64,000 bases of DNA from a virus (Duplodnaviria; Caudoviricetes). This document shows positions 1 through 9,332 of the stretch, piece after piece. Each line of letters starts with the position of its first letter. Position 1 is the stretch's first letter. Made by a program: the position numbers and the translations under genes. The stretch is from IMG/VR virus record IMGVR_UViG_3300027991_000080, positions 12,741 through 76,740 of that record, one strand, 5' to 3'. The notes beneath the pieces are model-generated. The model worked only from the letters and a program-made list of their open reading frames with translations. It ran no database searches and was not told where the DNA came from.

Positions 1-1
1 A

Positions 2-349
2 TCGACAACCACGCTCGCCGAGCTCCAGGAACCACTGACCGAAGCGCTGCGTCGCCTCATCGAGAAAGAAGAGGATCGCAATCCGTGGGTGCGTGTGGAA
101 AATGTCCCTCAGTGGCCGCTTTGCTTCGTTCAGTTCGCCGGCTCCCGCACCTCTCCGCTCGTCTACGACTGTCCGCCGCTTGGCGTCTACAACGACCGAC
201 GCATGCTGAGCGATGCAGTCTGGATGGGGATTGAAGGACTCACGAGGCAAGGCGTGAAGCCGGAGGATGAGCTACAGATCATCGAATCTGAGGACCGACC
301 ACGTGGAGGGATCCGGGATCTGTTTCGGCGGTTGCTGGGAGCTACATGA
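2..349 (+). CDS. Hypothetical protein, 5'-truncated
   Basis: Frame of the 89..349 ORF is open back to base 2 (STTTLAELQGPLTEALRRLIEKEEDRNPWVRVEN...); stop overlaps helicase ATG (ATGA). Confidence 0.7.
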   Translation, partial: STTTLAELQEPLTEALRRLIEKEEDRNPWVRVENVPQWPLCFVQFAGSRTSPLVYDCPPLGVYNDRRMLSDAVWMGIEGLTRQGVKPEDELQIIESEDRPRGGIRDLFRRLLGAT

Positions 350-1998
350 GCACCCTCCCACTCTTCACCCGCTCCCAGCTTATAGCGCTCGATCCGCCGA
401 AGCTCCGTCCGTACCAGTCCCGCGCGATCCAGGCGCTCCGGAATCACATCTGGGCTGGCAAGAAACGCATCCTGCTCGTCGCTCCAACCGGCTCCGGAAA
501 GACGACGATCATCGCGAGCATCATCCGTACGTCGTCAGTGCGCGTGCTCTTTGTTGCCGACGCAATGGAGCTAATCGACCAGTGCGTCGAAGACTTGTCT
601 CGCGTCGGAATCACCAACGTCGGTGTGATGCGTGGAGACGACGAGCGAACTAACCCGAACGCAACGGTGCAGGTCGCATCGATTCAGACGCTACTCCGGC
701 GCGACAAACCCGAGGCTGGAATCATCCTCATCGACGAGGCCCACCTGTCGGCCAGCGACTCCTACGTCACGCATATCTTCGATCACTACAAGGACGCCAT
801 CATCATCGGTTTCACCGCGACGCCGGCGCGCACGGACGGAAAACCGCTCGGCAACCTGTACGAAGTGCTCGAGGTGGTGTGCACGTACGAGGAGCTGCTC
901 AAGATCCCCAAGGGAGCGGCTACCGGATTCCTGGCGGAGCCGCTTTGCTACAGCGGACCCGCGATGTTGGACTTGTCAACCGTTCGCATGGTCGGTGGCG
1001 ACTACGACGAGGACAGCCTCAGCGAAGTCATGCGCGATCAGGGACTCATCGGAAACCTTCTCGAGCAATGGCAAAAACTCGCGAACCTGTATCCGCGCGA
1101 CAACGGGCACCCTGGCCTCATCGAAGGTGAGTACCGCCGTACTTTCATTTTTGCCGTCAATGTGCCGCACTCCCAGACCATCCAGGCGCGCTTTTGGTCT
1201 GCCGGCGTCCGCATCGCGCACCTCGACGGAAAGACGCCTGAGAAGGAGCGCCGACGCATCCTACGGGCGCTCGAGGACGGGAGCCTCCAAGCCGTGACGA
1301 GCGTCGGCGTGCTCCTCAAGGGGATCGACATTCCGGCCGTGAAATGCGTCCTCCACGCCCGGCCTACGCAGTCGCTCGTCCTGTGGCGTCAGAGCTGCGG
1401 CCGGATCCTTCGCCCGTGGCACCCGAACTGTCGTCGCGGATGTGTCCTGCACCCGAGCGTCCAACCGATGCTCATCGACCACGGCAACAACATCAACCGT
1501 CTCGGGTTCCCCCACGAAGATCTTCACTGGGAGCTCCGCGAGACGACGCGCGCTTACGTACGGCATGAGGCCGTGCGGATCTGCAAGGGTTGCTTTGCGT
1601 ATTTGAAGGCGTGGCAACGTCTGTGTCCGCACTGCGGAGCGGACGCTCCCCCGCCGGCGGCGACAGATCTGCCGCGCGAGAGCGAAGAGCAGTTGTCTCG
1701 ACTCGCCACGACCCCAGAAGCGATGCGACGCATGTACTTCGACATGATCGTGAAGGTCGCGCGCCTGAAGGGGTACAAGCCCGGATTCGCATCGGCGAGG
1801 TACAAGGATCGGTACGGCGCGTGGCCGCCGTGGGAGTGGAGCGAGCAGGTAAAGTCGAGCTTCGCGAGCGATCCGGAGTGGCAGGCCAGCTACGAGGCTC
1901 GCGCGGTCAGACGAAAGCAACGCGAAGTAGAGAAGCTCGCGAAGGAGCAGGCGAAGACGGAAGGAGCCACGGGAGACGATGACGACGTCGCCTTCTAA
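346..1998 (+). CDS. Superfamily 2 (DEAD/DEAH-like) helicase with C-terminal Zn finger
   Basis: LRPYQ Q-motif, APTGSGKT Walker A, IDEAH, TATP, GIDIP, HARPT motifs; CKGC...CPHC. Confidence 0.95.
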   Translation: MSTLPLFTRSQLIALDPPKLRPYQSRAIQALRNHIWAGKKRILLVAPTGSGKTTIIASIIRTSSVRVLFVADAMELIDQCVEDLSRVGITNVGVMRGDDERTNPNATVQVASIQTLLRRDKPEAGIILIDEAHLSASDSYVTHIFDHYKDAIIIGFTATPARTDGKPLGNLYEVLEVVCTYEELLKIPKGAATGFLAEPLCYSGPAMLDLSTVRMVGGDYDEDSLSEVMRDQGLIGNLLEQWQKLANLYPRDNGHPGLIEGEYRRTFIFAVNVPHSQTIQARFWSAGVRIAHLDGKTPEKERRRILRALEDGSLQAVTSVGVLLKGIDIPAVKCVLHARPTQSLVLWRQSCGRILRPWHPNCRRGCVLHPSVQPMLIDHGNNINRLGFPHEDLHWELRETTRAYVRHEAVRICKGCFAYLKAWQRLCPHCGADAPPPAATDLPRESEEQLSRLATTPEAMRRMYFDMIVKVARLKGYKPGFASARYKDRYGAWPPWEWSEQVKSSFASDPEWQASYEARAVRRKQREVEKLAKEQAKTEGATGDDDDVAF

Positions 1999-2203
1999 AA
2001 AACCGCGACGAGCTAAGCGCCCGCGCGGAGATCTGACCGAGCTCTGGACCTACGAATTCGAAGGCTCCTTGTATGAGCTGGAGCTCGAGATCGATCGAAA
2101 ATGGATCGTTGTTCAGCTCGCGCGTCGCGCGATCAGAAATACCGGTCAGAAGGCGTCTCAAGTAGCGGGAGCCGTGATCGTGCGCGTGAAAGGGAAGAAA
2201 TGA
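1979..2203 (+). CDS. Hypothetical protein
   Basis: 74 aa ORF filling the gap; stop overlaps next ATG. Confidence 0.6.
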   Translation: MTTSPSKKPRRAKRPRGDLTELWTYEFEGSLYELELEIDRKWIVVQLARRAIRNTGQKASQVAGAVIVRVKGKK

Positions 2204-2400
2204 ACCCTCTTGCCGCAATCGAAGCACTCCGTGACCGTCAGATCTTTTTCGCTCTTCCTATCGAGGTACGCATCCGCAACACCTGCCCGGCCTGCGGATG
2301 CCGTCTCATCGACAACGACTACAAGCGAGCGATCGAATTCGTCACCGGACCTCCTAAGCGAGGCAAGTGCGGCAAGTGCTCGTGGGTTGGGACCAAATGA
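2200..2400 (+). CDS. Small Cys-rich (Zn-ribbon) protein
   Basis: ATG at 2200 (MNPLAAIE...); CPAC...CGKC; ATGA coupling on both sides. Confidence 0.65.
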   Translation: MNPLAAIEALRDRQIFFALPIEVRIRNTCPACGCRLIDNDYKRAIEFVTGPPKRGKCGKCSWVGTK

Positions 2401-3110
2401 AAGTCTCGGGACCGCTGTTCAAGTGGTTCGGATCGAAATGGCTCTCGTCGAAGCTCTACCCAGCTCCGGAGCGCGACGTCATTTTCGAGCCGTTCGCCGG
2501 ATCTGCGGGATACTCGCTCAGGCATTGCGAGAAGAGAGTCGTGATCTGGGAAGAGAACGAGCAGGTCAGGCATCTCTGGGAATGGCTGATCTCCAGCGCA
2601 ACGACCGCCTCGGTGCTCGAGATCCCGATCGGACTTCCGGAGGGTGCGGACATCCGAGCCATCGGACTCATGAAGGGGCAACAGCTTCTTCTGAAGCACT
2701 GGCAGCGCACCAACAACGTCGGCGACTGCTGGACGACATCACCCTGGGGAAACAAGCCTGGACAGTGGACGGCGAACACCAGAGCTCGAGTCGCGGAAGA
2801 GATTCACGCGGTGAAGCACTGGAAGGTGGAACAGATCCGTCCGAACCTGCCCGGCACGTACTTCTTAGATCCTCCGTACATCTACAACTACCGGTACCGT
2901 TTCAAGGTGTTCGACTACGGAGATCTGGTCAACAAGATCGCGATGATTCCGAATGGAAGTCAAATCATCGTGTGCGAGGCAGCGTGCCAGAAGACAGGTC
3001 GCGTGCCTGAGTACCTCCCGTTCAAACCGTTCGCGTCGCGCATCACGTCCAGGCGCAAGAAGAACAACAACCATCATTCGAACGAGTATCTGTACTACGA
3101 GGTTCGATGA
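2397..3110 (+). CDS. DNA adenine methyltransferase (Dam/D12-like), copy 1
   Basis: FKWFGSKW, EPFAGSAG (motif I), FLDPPY (motif IV); start ATG 2397. Confidence 0.85.
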   Translation: MKVSGPLFKWFGSKWLSSKLYPAPERDVIFEPFAGSAGYSLRHCEKRVVIWEENEQVRHLWEWLISSATTASVLEIPIGLPEGADIRAIGLMKGQQLLLKHWQRTNNVGDCWTTSPWGNKPGQWTANTRARVAEEIHAVKHWKVEQIRPNLPGTYFLDPPYIYNYRYRFKVFDYGDLVNKIAMIPNGSQIIVCEAACQKTGRVPEYLPFKPFASRITSRRKKNNNHHSNEYLYYEVR

Positions 3111-3826
3111 GCCATCGCCTTCGACCATTTTGGAGATACTTCGGCGGCAAGTGGCGCGCTGCTCGCCGGTATCCCCAGCCAGAGCATGACATCATCGTCG
3201 AACCGTTCGCTGGCGCTGCCGGGTACGCTCTCAGATATCCTGACCGTCGAGTTGTTCTGATTGAGAAGAACGAGATCGTTGCTGGGGTTTGGGCCTACCT
3301 GATCCGCGTGAGTGTTAACGAGCTACTCCGAATTCCAAATGTCGACACGATCGATGAGCTCCCGGCCTGGGTTCCTCAAGAAGCCAAGTGGCTCGTAGGG
3401 CTTCGCTTCGGCGCGGGAGACACTCGTCCACGAACAAGAGTCTCACCAATGGTAAAGCGAGACGGAGGCTACGGCGTGGCATTCATCGCTCACCAGATCG
3501 AAGCCATTCGTCATTGGCGCGTGATTCATGGCGAGTACACCATGGCGCCGCAAGTTTCGGCTACCTGGTTCATAGACCCACCGTATCAGATTTCAGGCTC
3601 AAGAAATCGCACAGCAGGTGCTCGCGGAAGAGTTCGTTACCCGAATGGTGGAGATTTCCTGAACTACTCTCTTCTTGGCGAATGGTGCCGCAAACGCCGT
3701 GGTCTCGTAATCGCCTGCGAAAACGTAGGTTCTAATTGGCTTCCATTTGAACCTATATTTACGCACGCTTCTTGCCTTCCGGGCGGAGTATCAAAAGAAG
3801 CTGTCTGGGTTGGGAGGCGCGCTTAA
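3107..3826 (+). CDS. DNA adenine methyltransferase (Dam/D12-like), copy 2
   Basis: WRYFGGKW, EPFAGAAG, FIDPPY; paralogous to 2397..3110. Confidence 0.85.
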   Translation: MSHRLRPFWRYFGGKWRAARRYPQPEHDIIVEPFAGAAGYALRYPDRRVVLIEKNEIVAGVWAYLIRVSVNELLRIPNVDTIDELPAWVPQEAKWLVGLRFGAGDTRPRTRVSPMVKRDGGYGVAFIAHQIEAIRHWRVIHGEYTMAPQVSATWFIDPPYQISGSRNRTAGARGRVRYPNGGDFLNYSLLGEWCRKRRGLVIACENVGSNWLPFEPIFTHASCLPGGVSKEAVWVGRRA

Positions 3827-3829
3827 AAA

Positions 3830-4237
3830 ATGGCCCGCCGCCAGATCCCACTCTTTGAAGAAGAACCGGAGCCCCGCGTGACCGAATCTCAGCTGCAGCA
3901 AGCACTACTACTCACCGCTCCGACCGGCCTACCATCATGGCGACTCTTCCGGCGCAACATCGGATCGGCGACGATGCGTGGCGGATTCGAAGTGAAGTTC
4001 GGGATCAAAGGCCAGTGCGATCTATACGGACTCATCCGCGGCGGACAGCACGTCGAGATCGAGCTCAAGGCAGCCGGGAAGCGCATCAAGCCCGGATCGG
4101 ATCAGGACACGTGGCGAGCGTGGTGTCTCTCGTGGAATGTTCCCCACGTCGTTTTGACTGGCCTGAAGAACGAGACTGTCGATGAAACCGTTTCCAGGTG
4201 GATCGAGGAGCTACGCGCGCTACAGCGGAGCGCATAG
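3830..4237 (+). CDS. VRR-NUC-like PD-(D/E)XK nuclease
   Basis: ESQLQ...FRRN.G...GQCDLYG...EIELK pattern. Confidence 0.8.
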   Translation: MARRQIPLFEEEPEPRVTESQLQQALLLTAPTGLPSWRLFRRNIGSATMRGGFEVKFGIKGQCDLYGLIRGGQHVEIELKAAGKRIKPGSDQDTWRAWCLSWNVPHVVLTGLKNETVDETVSRWIEELRALQRSA

Positions 4238-4654
4238 TTTCTGAATCACCCACCAAGAGACTCGGGTCCTCGTCTCCTCGGTGGGCCACAGTGTCTCGAT
4301 CCACTCCGCTGCCGTCCTGTTCCCGCGTCGCGAATTGCATCGACCGCAGCAGGTCAGCAGATTCGTCGGCGCGTGAGTGCCGCCGTGTGACCGCGGGATG
4401 AAATGGTCTAGACCGGCGCCGGCGTCGCCGCACCAGACGCACCGGTGGCCGTCTCGGGCGTAGATAGCCTGGCGGACCGCCTTCTTCACCCATCGGCTCC
4501 CCTTGCCCGCATTACCGGCCTTCGGCGCCCGCCTGGCGCTGCCACGAGGGTCACAGGTCCGGCCGTGGTGGCAGTAGCAACCGGGAGCGCAGGGGCAGGT
4601 GCCAGGCTTCTCGTTAGGGTGTTCGCATGCAGTGGGATCAAATCTTCGAGCCAT
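4220..4654 (-). CDS. HNH endonuclease
   Basis: ARDGHRCVWCG...LDHFIPRSHGG...NLLTCCGRCN. Confidence 0.92.
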   Translation of the reverse strand: MARRFDPTACEHPNEKPGTCPCAPGCYCHHGRTCDPRGSARRAPKAGNAGKGSRWVKKAVRQAIYARDGHRCVWCGDAGAGLDHFIPRSHGGTHAPTNLLTCCGRCNSRRGNRTAAEWIETLWPTEETRTRVSWWVIQKLCAPL

Positions 4655-4670
4655 AGACCGAGGGGCCTAA

Positions 4671-4866
4671 CTTAGGGAGATGGAGTACATCAGGGCGATC
4701 TCCCCTGTCGCCAGGTTCTCTTTTTGAACATTTTTTCTCGATTTTTTTCCGAGCAAAATTTGTTGTCTACAACCCCCATTTTCTAGAGATATTTTTTCAG
4801 GAAAAATGTTCAAAAACTCCAAACGACGACTAAGGGCATCCCCCGTATGTACTCCATCTCCCTAAG
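4671..4866. repeat. Long imperfect inverted repeat around an AT-rich core (candidate origin or recombination site)
   Basis: Perfect 20-bp arms 4671-4690/4847-4866 and 15-bp arms 4721-4735/4802-4816, separated by equal 30-bp partly matching spacers; 66-bp centre. Confidence 0.9.
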
Positions 4867-4880
4867 CCGATCATGGGATT

Positions 4881-7655
4881 TCAAGTAGTTGCAGAAACGT
4901 GCCAAAGCGTGATGTGGTTGTTCCCGTTGCGAGCGACCAGCTTGCGCCCCCCTACCACCCGAGACCGCATCGCCCTCAGCTTGTACCCGAGCGTGGTGGC
5001 ATCGGGCTTGCTAGGAGACGGACGCCCCTTCGGTTTGCAGAGCACCTCGATCGCGTCGCGGAGCGCTTCGAATTCCGACCATTCTGGAACTTGCTCGTAT
5101 AGCGCCGAGATGATGTGTCGGGCCGCCACGCCCTCTGTGGGGCTCCCGGGAGCCAGGCTCACGAGCTTTGCGTGCAGCATCGGAAGCTGGTCCAGGAGGC
5201 ACGAGAGCGCCTGCGTTTCGACGTCTACGTCTTCGTCCCTCTCCGGCCTGGCAAGCATAGGGTCGGCGCCGCCGGCGAAGACGATCGCGTGAGGGATGAG
5301 CCGGCTCCACTCCTCGAAGGAGCCCCATCGAGCGCATCCCATGTCCGGGCGTCCAGCGCGCCAGTACGCGCGAAGAATCAGCAGAGCGGCTCCCACGAGT
5401 CGCGGGCGCTGCACTCGAATGAACTCGAGTAGGTCTTGATGCTTGAACGTGGTGCGCCGCTCGGGGCTTTCTTCCTGAGGCTCGAGACGGGCCATGAGAA
5501 CTCGGCGCGACGTGTCGCCGAAGAGCGCCATGTTGTTGCCGGTGGCCATGATCAGCGCGCGCCAGGGGAGAGTGGGAACGTGTGACTTCCCGAGCACGCG
5601 GAGATCCACCTCGTCACGCGCCGTGATGCATCGATCGATCGGACCTCCACCGAATGGTCGCATTGCGGGAACGTTGTCGAGACAGATGAACGATGAACCC
5701 TTGAGCGCGTATCCGGCGAGGATCTTCTCGAGCTCTACCTCGTCGATCGTGTAGTTCATACGCGGAGCTCCGCGCCCGGTCGCGATCATCGCGATTGCGT
5801 CTGTCTGAAGCGTCTTTCCGCTTCCTCTGGTTGAAGCGTCGAAGAGCACCGCTGGGATGCTTCCGTTGATGGCAGGGCGAGCTATCAGGGTCATGATCGC
5901 AGCGACGGGAACCGACCGATGCGAGGCGTTGACGTAGGGGAAGTCGGAAAAAATTCCGTTCAGCATTCCGAACGCCCACCGAGCATCTTCCTGAGAAGTG
6001 CGCTCGTCCTTCACTTCGGGAAAGTGACCGCTCGGTATGTACAGGTATCCTGTGTCCGGATCGTAGCCAGGTCTCTGCGCAATGGTTCCGTTGGCTCCGA
6101 AGGTGGGTGTCTCCGTGATTCCGGTGAGCGTTCTGATGCCTGGCCAGTGCCCCTCATCGTGAATGTGTCCAACGATGTCGTCGGTCGGAAGAACGTTCTT
6201 GTATCCGCCCGACGATTCGACCCACTTCTGAAATATGGCGAACTTGCTCAAGCGCCCCTTGATCACCGCTCGAGTGAGGATCTGGATCTGTGGACTTCCT
6301 TCCACCAGCTGTCGATGAGTGACGGAGTCATCCGTGTCGATGGTGGGAGACTGTTCGCTGTCCGTCTTTGAAACCTTCGTGACGCTCACGAGTCTTCCGC
6401 TGCGCTGATACATGTTGTCGTCGGTGCGGAGCGCCTTCACAGATTCCAGTACATTCGTGTGAAGCTCAGTGCTTATTCGGATCGTGGGCCTTCTCTCGCG
6501 TACTTGCTGAGATGGTGGGATAGAGGACGGAGATGACTCCGGAGAACTTCCGTCCGCAGTAGCGGGAGCCGGATCCGCGAGCCATACCGGTTGTCGTACC
6601 TTCCCGCTCTCGCGCGTCTTCCGATCGGCGCTGTCGAGCGTCTTGCGCGACTCGCCTTCTCCGAGTCCGCACGCCTTTGCGGCCGACAGCATCTCGTCGT
6701 AGATCCATTGCCACTTGTGCCCCAGGTACACGCCGGCGCACTTCTCGAAGAGCATGCAGGCTTTCGCGTAGAGCGTGTTGTTGCGCATGCCCTCGGTGCA
6801 GGCAGCGAGCGCGCGGGCCTCGTTGTGGACCGCTGCCTCGAGCCATCGCTCGACTCGTGTTCGCGCGCGCCGATCTTCGCTGAGTGTCTTCGGTGTGTAC
6901 TGGGAGATGATCTTGGGGAGCTCTGGCTCCGTCACCAAAACAGTTCCCCAGTGCACAGGCAGCTGCGCAATCGCACCTACTCGCGTCCACACGTAGCGCT
7001 TCCCGTTGGCGTGTAGTGACGGAGCGACGACGACTTGACCACCTTCCACCTTCACGTCGACGCCGGGCTCTCCGCCGACTCCGGCGACGTTTACGAGGCG
7101 CTTAACGTCGATCTCCGGAGGCACCGTGAAAAAAAGTCGATAGCCACGCCCAGAGTCGCAGCGAGCCGTTTCCGGGAGCGGTCCGAGCTCCGTCTCAAGC
7201 TTCGCTCCACGATCTAGATCGTCGATGTCGACGGCGAGGATGTACTCGTCGACGCCGAGCTGCCGCCCGAGCACCATGCCGACATTCGGTTCGAAGGATA
7301 GTCGAGCGAGGTGATCGCGGATCCCCTCGATCGAGAAATCCCCTTTCGCCCAGTTCTTTGCGATGGGGTGCTTTCCCACGGACGAGGAGCCGTTTTTGGA
7401 CTTACCGTGCGCCTTGCCGCAGGTGCATCCCCCGGAGTCGGTAGGGGCGTGAATCAGGATCGGCTTGAGGCCGGCCGCGCAGTATTCGGCGACGGCTTCC
7501 TCAGCGGTCTCGACGGTCAGCAGAGAAGCCGGGAGTACTAGGCTGGGGCGATTTCGAACAGGAGGGAGATCAGGGAGATCGGGAGGGTTGCTATCAGTGT
7601 CACCAGTGCCATCCGTGATTTCTTCCACCACGCCGATCGTCCTTTCCTGACACAC
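4881..7655 (-). CDS. Bifunctional primase-polymerase (Prim-Pol) fused to a P-loop helicase/ATPase
   Basis: CTCG...GKHP, NVGMVLG, AVDIDD, GQVVVAPSLHANGKRYVW N-terminal motifs; ASTRGSGKT Walker A, CLDN Walker B, ATGNN; true start uncertain. Confidence 0.88.
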   Translation of the reverse strand: MCQERTIGVVEEITDGTGDTDSNPPDLPDLPPVRNRPSLVLPASLLTVETAEEAVAEYCAAGLKPILIHAPTDSGGCTCGKAHGKSKNGSSSVGKHPIAKNWAKGDFSIEGIRDHLARLSFEPNVGMVLGRQLGVDEYILAVDIDDLDRGAKLETELGPLPETARCDSGRGYRLFFTVPPEIDVKRLVNVAGVGGEPGVDVKVEGGQVVVAPSLHANGKRYVWTRVGAIAQLPVHWGTVLVTEPELPKIISQYTPKTLSEDRRARTRVERWLEAAVHNEARALAACTEGMRNNTLYAKACMLFEKCAGVYLGHKWQWIYDEMLSAAKACGLGEGESRKTLDSADRKTRESGKVRQPVWLADPAPATADGSSPESSPSSIPPSQQVRERRPTIRISTELHTNVLESVKALRTDDNMYQRSGRLVSVTKVSKTDSEQSPTIDTDDSVTHRQLVEGSPQIQILTRAVIKGRLSKFAIFQKWVESSGGYKNVLPTDDIVGHIHDEGHWPGIRTLTGITETPTFGANGTIAQRPGYDPDTGYLYIPSGHFPEVKDERTSQEDARWAFGMLNGIFSDFPYVNASHRSVPVAAIMTLIARPAINGSIPAVLFDASTRGSGKTLQTDAIAMIATGRGAPRMNYTIDEVELEKILAGYALKGSSFICLDNVPAMRPFGGGPIDRCITARDEVDLRVLGKSHVPTLPWRALIMATGNNMALFGDTSRRVLMARLEPQEESPERRTTFKHQDLLEFIRVQRPRLVGAALLILRAYWRAGRPDMGCARWGSFEEWSRLIPHAIVFAGGADPMLARPERDEDVDVETQALSCLLDQLPMLHAKLVSLAPGSPTEGVAARHIISALYEQVPEWSEFEALRDAIEVLCKPKGRPSPSKPDATTLGYKLRAMRSRVVGGRKLVARNGNNHITLWHVSATT

Positions 7656-7725
7656 CAGACAGAAGGACGAGACTAAGCGCCTCAGGGAACGGGCGTCAAG
7701 TTTCTGTTGCTAAACAGCGGCAACA

Positions 7726-7914
7726 ATGTTTACAGTGAGTTCCGTGAAGCACGACGAATTTGTTGGCGTTCGCCTACCGCGTCAACTACGGGGGGCCATC
7801 GAACGAGAACGTCTGCGTATGAGCCGAGCGGCTGGCGCAGAGGTAAAACTGAGCGCGGTCATTCGCGCAGCACTCGAGAAACAGTTTCAGCAGCGTCGCC
7901 GGAGGGCGGCTTGA
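7726..7914 (+). CDS. Ribbon-helix-helix DNA-binding protein
   Basis: FVGVRLPRQLRGAIE...LSAVIRAALE; divergent from primase; start may be GTG 7744. Confidence 0.7.
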   Translation: MFTVSSVKHDEFVGVRLPRQLRGAIERERLRMSRAAGAEVKLSAVIRAALEKQFQQRRRRAA

Positions 7915-8126
7915 TAATCCTGTCAGTGCTGGCGATCGTGGTCGGTGTTTCGTACGCGCTACACTGCGCGGTTCGCTTCGGGTACTCGCAAGCGATGATA
8001 CACGTGCTGGAGGATATGCGCGCGGAACTCGACTCTGTTAAAGGCGAGGAAGGGTTCGCTTTGGTGATTCGAATTGTCCAGCGAATCGAGGCGCGCAAAG
8101 TCGGGTGGACGGCTAGAAGTCGGTAA
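7911..8126 (+). CDS. Small membrane protein
   Basis: TTG overlapping the upstream TGA; N-terminal hydrophobic LIILSVLAIVVGVSYAL. Confidence 0.5.
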   Translation: MIILSVLAIVVGVSYALHCAVRFGYSQAMIHVLEDMRAELDSVKGEEGFALVIRIVQRIEARKVGWTARSR

Positions 8127-8625
8127 CCAGGTTCATTGTACGAACCATCTCCGCCGCCTGCTCTCCCGTCATCACGTCTCGCGGATTGAGCGCGAACATC
8201 TCCGCAGTCTTGTGTCTTTGTAGCGATGCCGCTAACTGAAGACGGTTTGTCTTGGCGTCCGTCTTGAACAGTTCCTTCTTCTCCACCTGCCGCCTCCGCA
8301 CCCGCTCGATGACCTCCGGGGCTTGTACCCGTTCGAGTTCCCTGCGGAGCTCCAGTTGCGCCGACAGCTCCAGTGACGATGCCGCCGCCAGGAGTGTCAG
8401 CATGACGCCTCCGAGCTCTTGGTGGGTCTCGCCGACGGGTCTCGAGTAGACGAACCCGAGCAGGTCACGAAGTATCTCCTCGGGGATCCGAATCGACTGG
8501 GCGAGCTCGAACGCCTCCTCGAGAAAACGAAGCGCTCGCTCCTTCGGGTTTCTGAGCGACTCTTCCCCGAGCGCCAGCTTGACCCACTCGTCGACTTGGG
8601 ATTGCAAATTTTCTAGCGGATTCAT
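8113..8625 (-). CDS. MazG-like all-alpha NTP pyrophosphohydrolase
   Basis: ERALRFLEEAFELAQ...QELGGV acidic helical pattern; start MNPLEN at 8625. Confidence 0.65.
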   Translation of the reverse strand: MNPLENLQSQVDEWVKLALGEESLRNPKERALRFLEEAFELAQSIRIPEEILRDLLGFVYSRPVGETHQELGGVMLTLLAAASSLELSAQLELRRELERVQAPEVIERVRRRQVEKKELFKTDAKTNRLQLAASLQRHKTAEMFALNPRDVMTGEQAAEMVRTMNLVTDF

Positions 8626-9137
8626 CGCGGCCGTCCGCTCTGCGCGTACTTCTCTTGCGCGTCGATCGCCAGGTCGAGACATTCGAGCGGATCGAGACCG
8701 AGATCATCGATCCATCGAATCGTAGAGAAGATGATGTTGCCGAGCTCTTTCTTGAACTCGCGCTGCTGCTCGTCACTGAAAGCCGCGTAACCGGCGTCGC
8801 GACAAACGCGCGCCATGTCTCCGATCCCGACCATCATCCGGAGAACAATGTCCCCGGTGCCGCCACGCAGAGGCGTGTATCCCCAGATCTGCCGCCCCTG
8901 CACGCGCAGCGCCGCAATGCCTGCGTGTACCTGTTCTCGAACCTTTTCGTGCTTCCTGATGTCCACTTCCACTGTCTCGCTCCTCTTGCAATTCGGATAT
9001 TGCTCGCAAACACAATCGCTGTCGGCGCCGTCGATACTGAAGAACTGCGCCGGTGCGTTGCAGCGTTTGCAGAAGAATCCGTATCGAGCGGCTTCTTCTG
9101 ACGAAATTTCTCGGTCAACACGAGTCGAGGTCGTCAT
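8622..9137 (-). CDS. Cys-rich N-terminus plus degenerate MazG-like domain
   Basis: CKRC...CVC...C; KKELGNIIFSTIRWIDDLGLD resembles MazG helices 3-4. Confidence 0.5.
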   Translation of the reverse strand: MTTSTRVDREISSEEAARYGFFCKRCNAPAQFFSIDGADSDCVCEQYPNCKRSETVEVDIRKHEKVREQVHAGIAALRVQGRQIWGYTPLRGGTGDIVLRMMVGIGDMARVCRDAGYAAFSDEQQREFKKELGNIIFSTIRWIDDLGLDPLECLDLAIDAQEKYAQSGRPR

Positions 9138-9331
9138 GGCGATGGCGTCCCGCTGTACTGCCGATCGATCCACTGGAGCATTTTTGTCATCTCATCTGGA
9201 TCGGAAGATCTGCGCCACGCATACCTGGTGCCATCGATAGCGACCAGCGAAGCGTCCACGAACCCGCCTCCGTCTCCAGAGTCAAACAGTACACTCATCT
9301 CAGAGACGGAGGAGATGCTAGTGAGACCCAT
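9134..9331 (-). CDS. Hypothetical protein
   Basis: ATG 9331 directly after upstream TAA; ATGA overlap downstream. Confidence 0.55.
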   Translation of the reverse strand: MGLTSISSVSEMSVLFDSGDGGGFVDASLVAIDGTRYAWRRSSDPDEMTKMLQWIDRQYSGTPSP

Positions 9332-9332
9332 T

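Noticed and set aside
4671-4866. Inverted repeat as IS/MITE ends
   Set aside because: No transposase or target-site duplication seen; the nested, equally spaced arms look like binding sites
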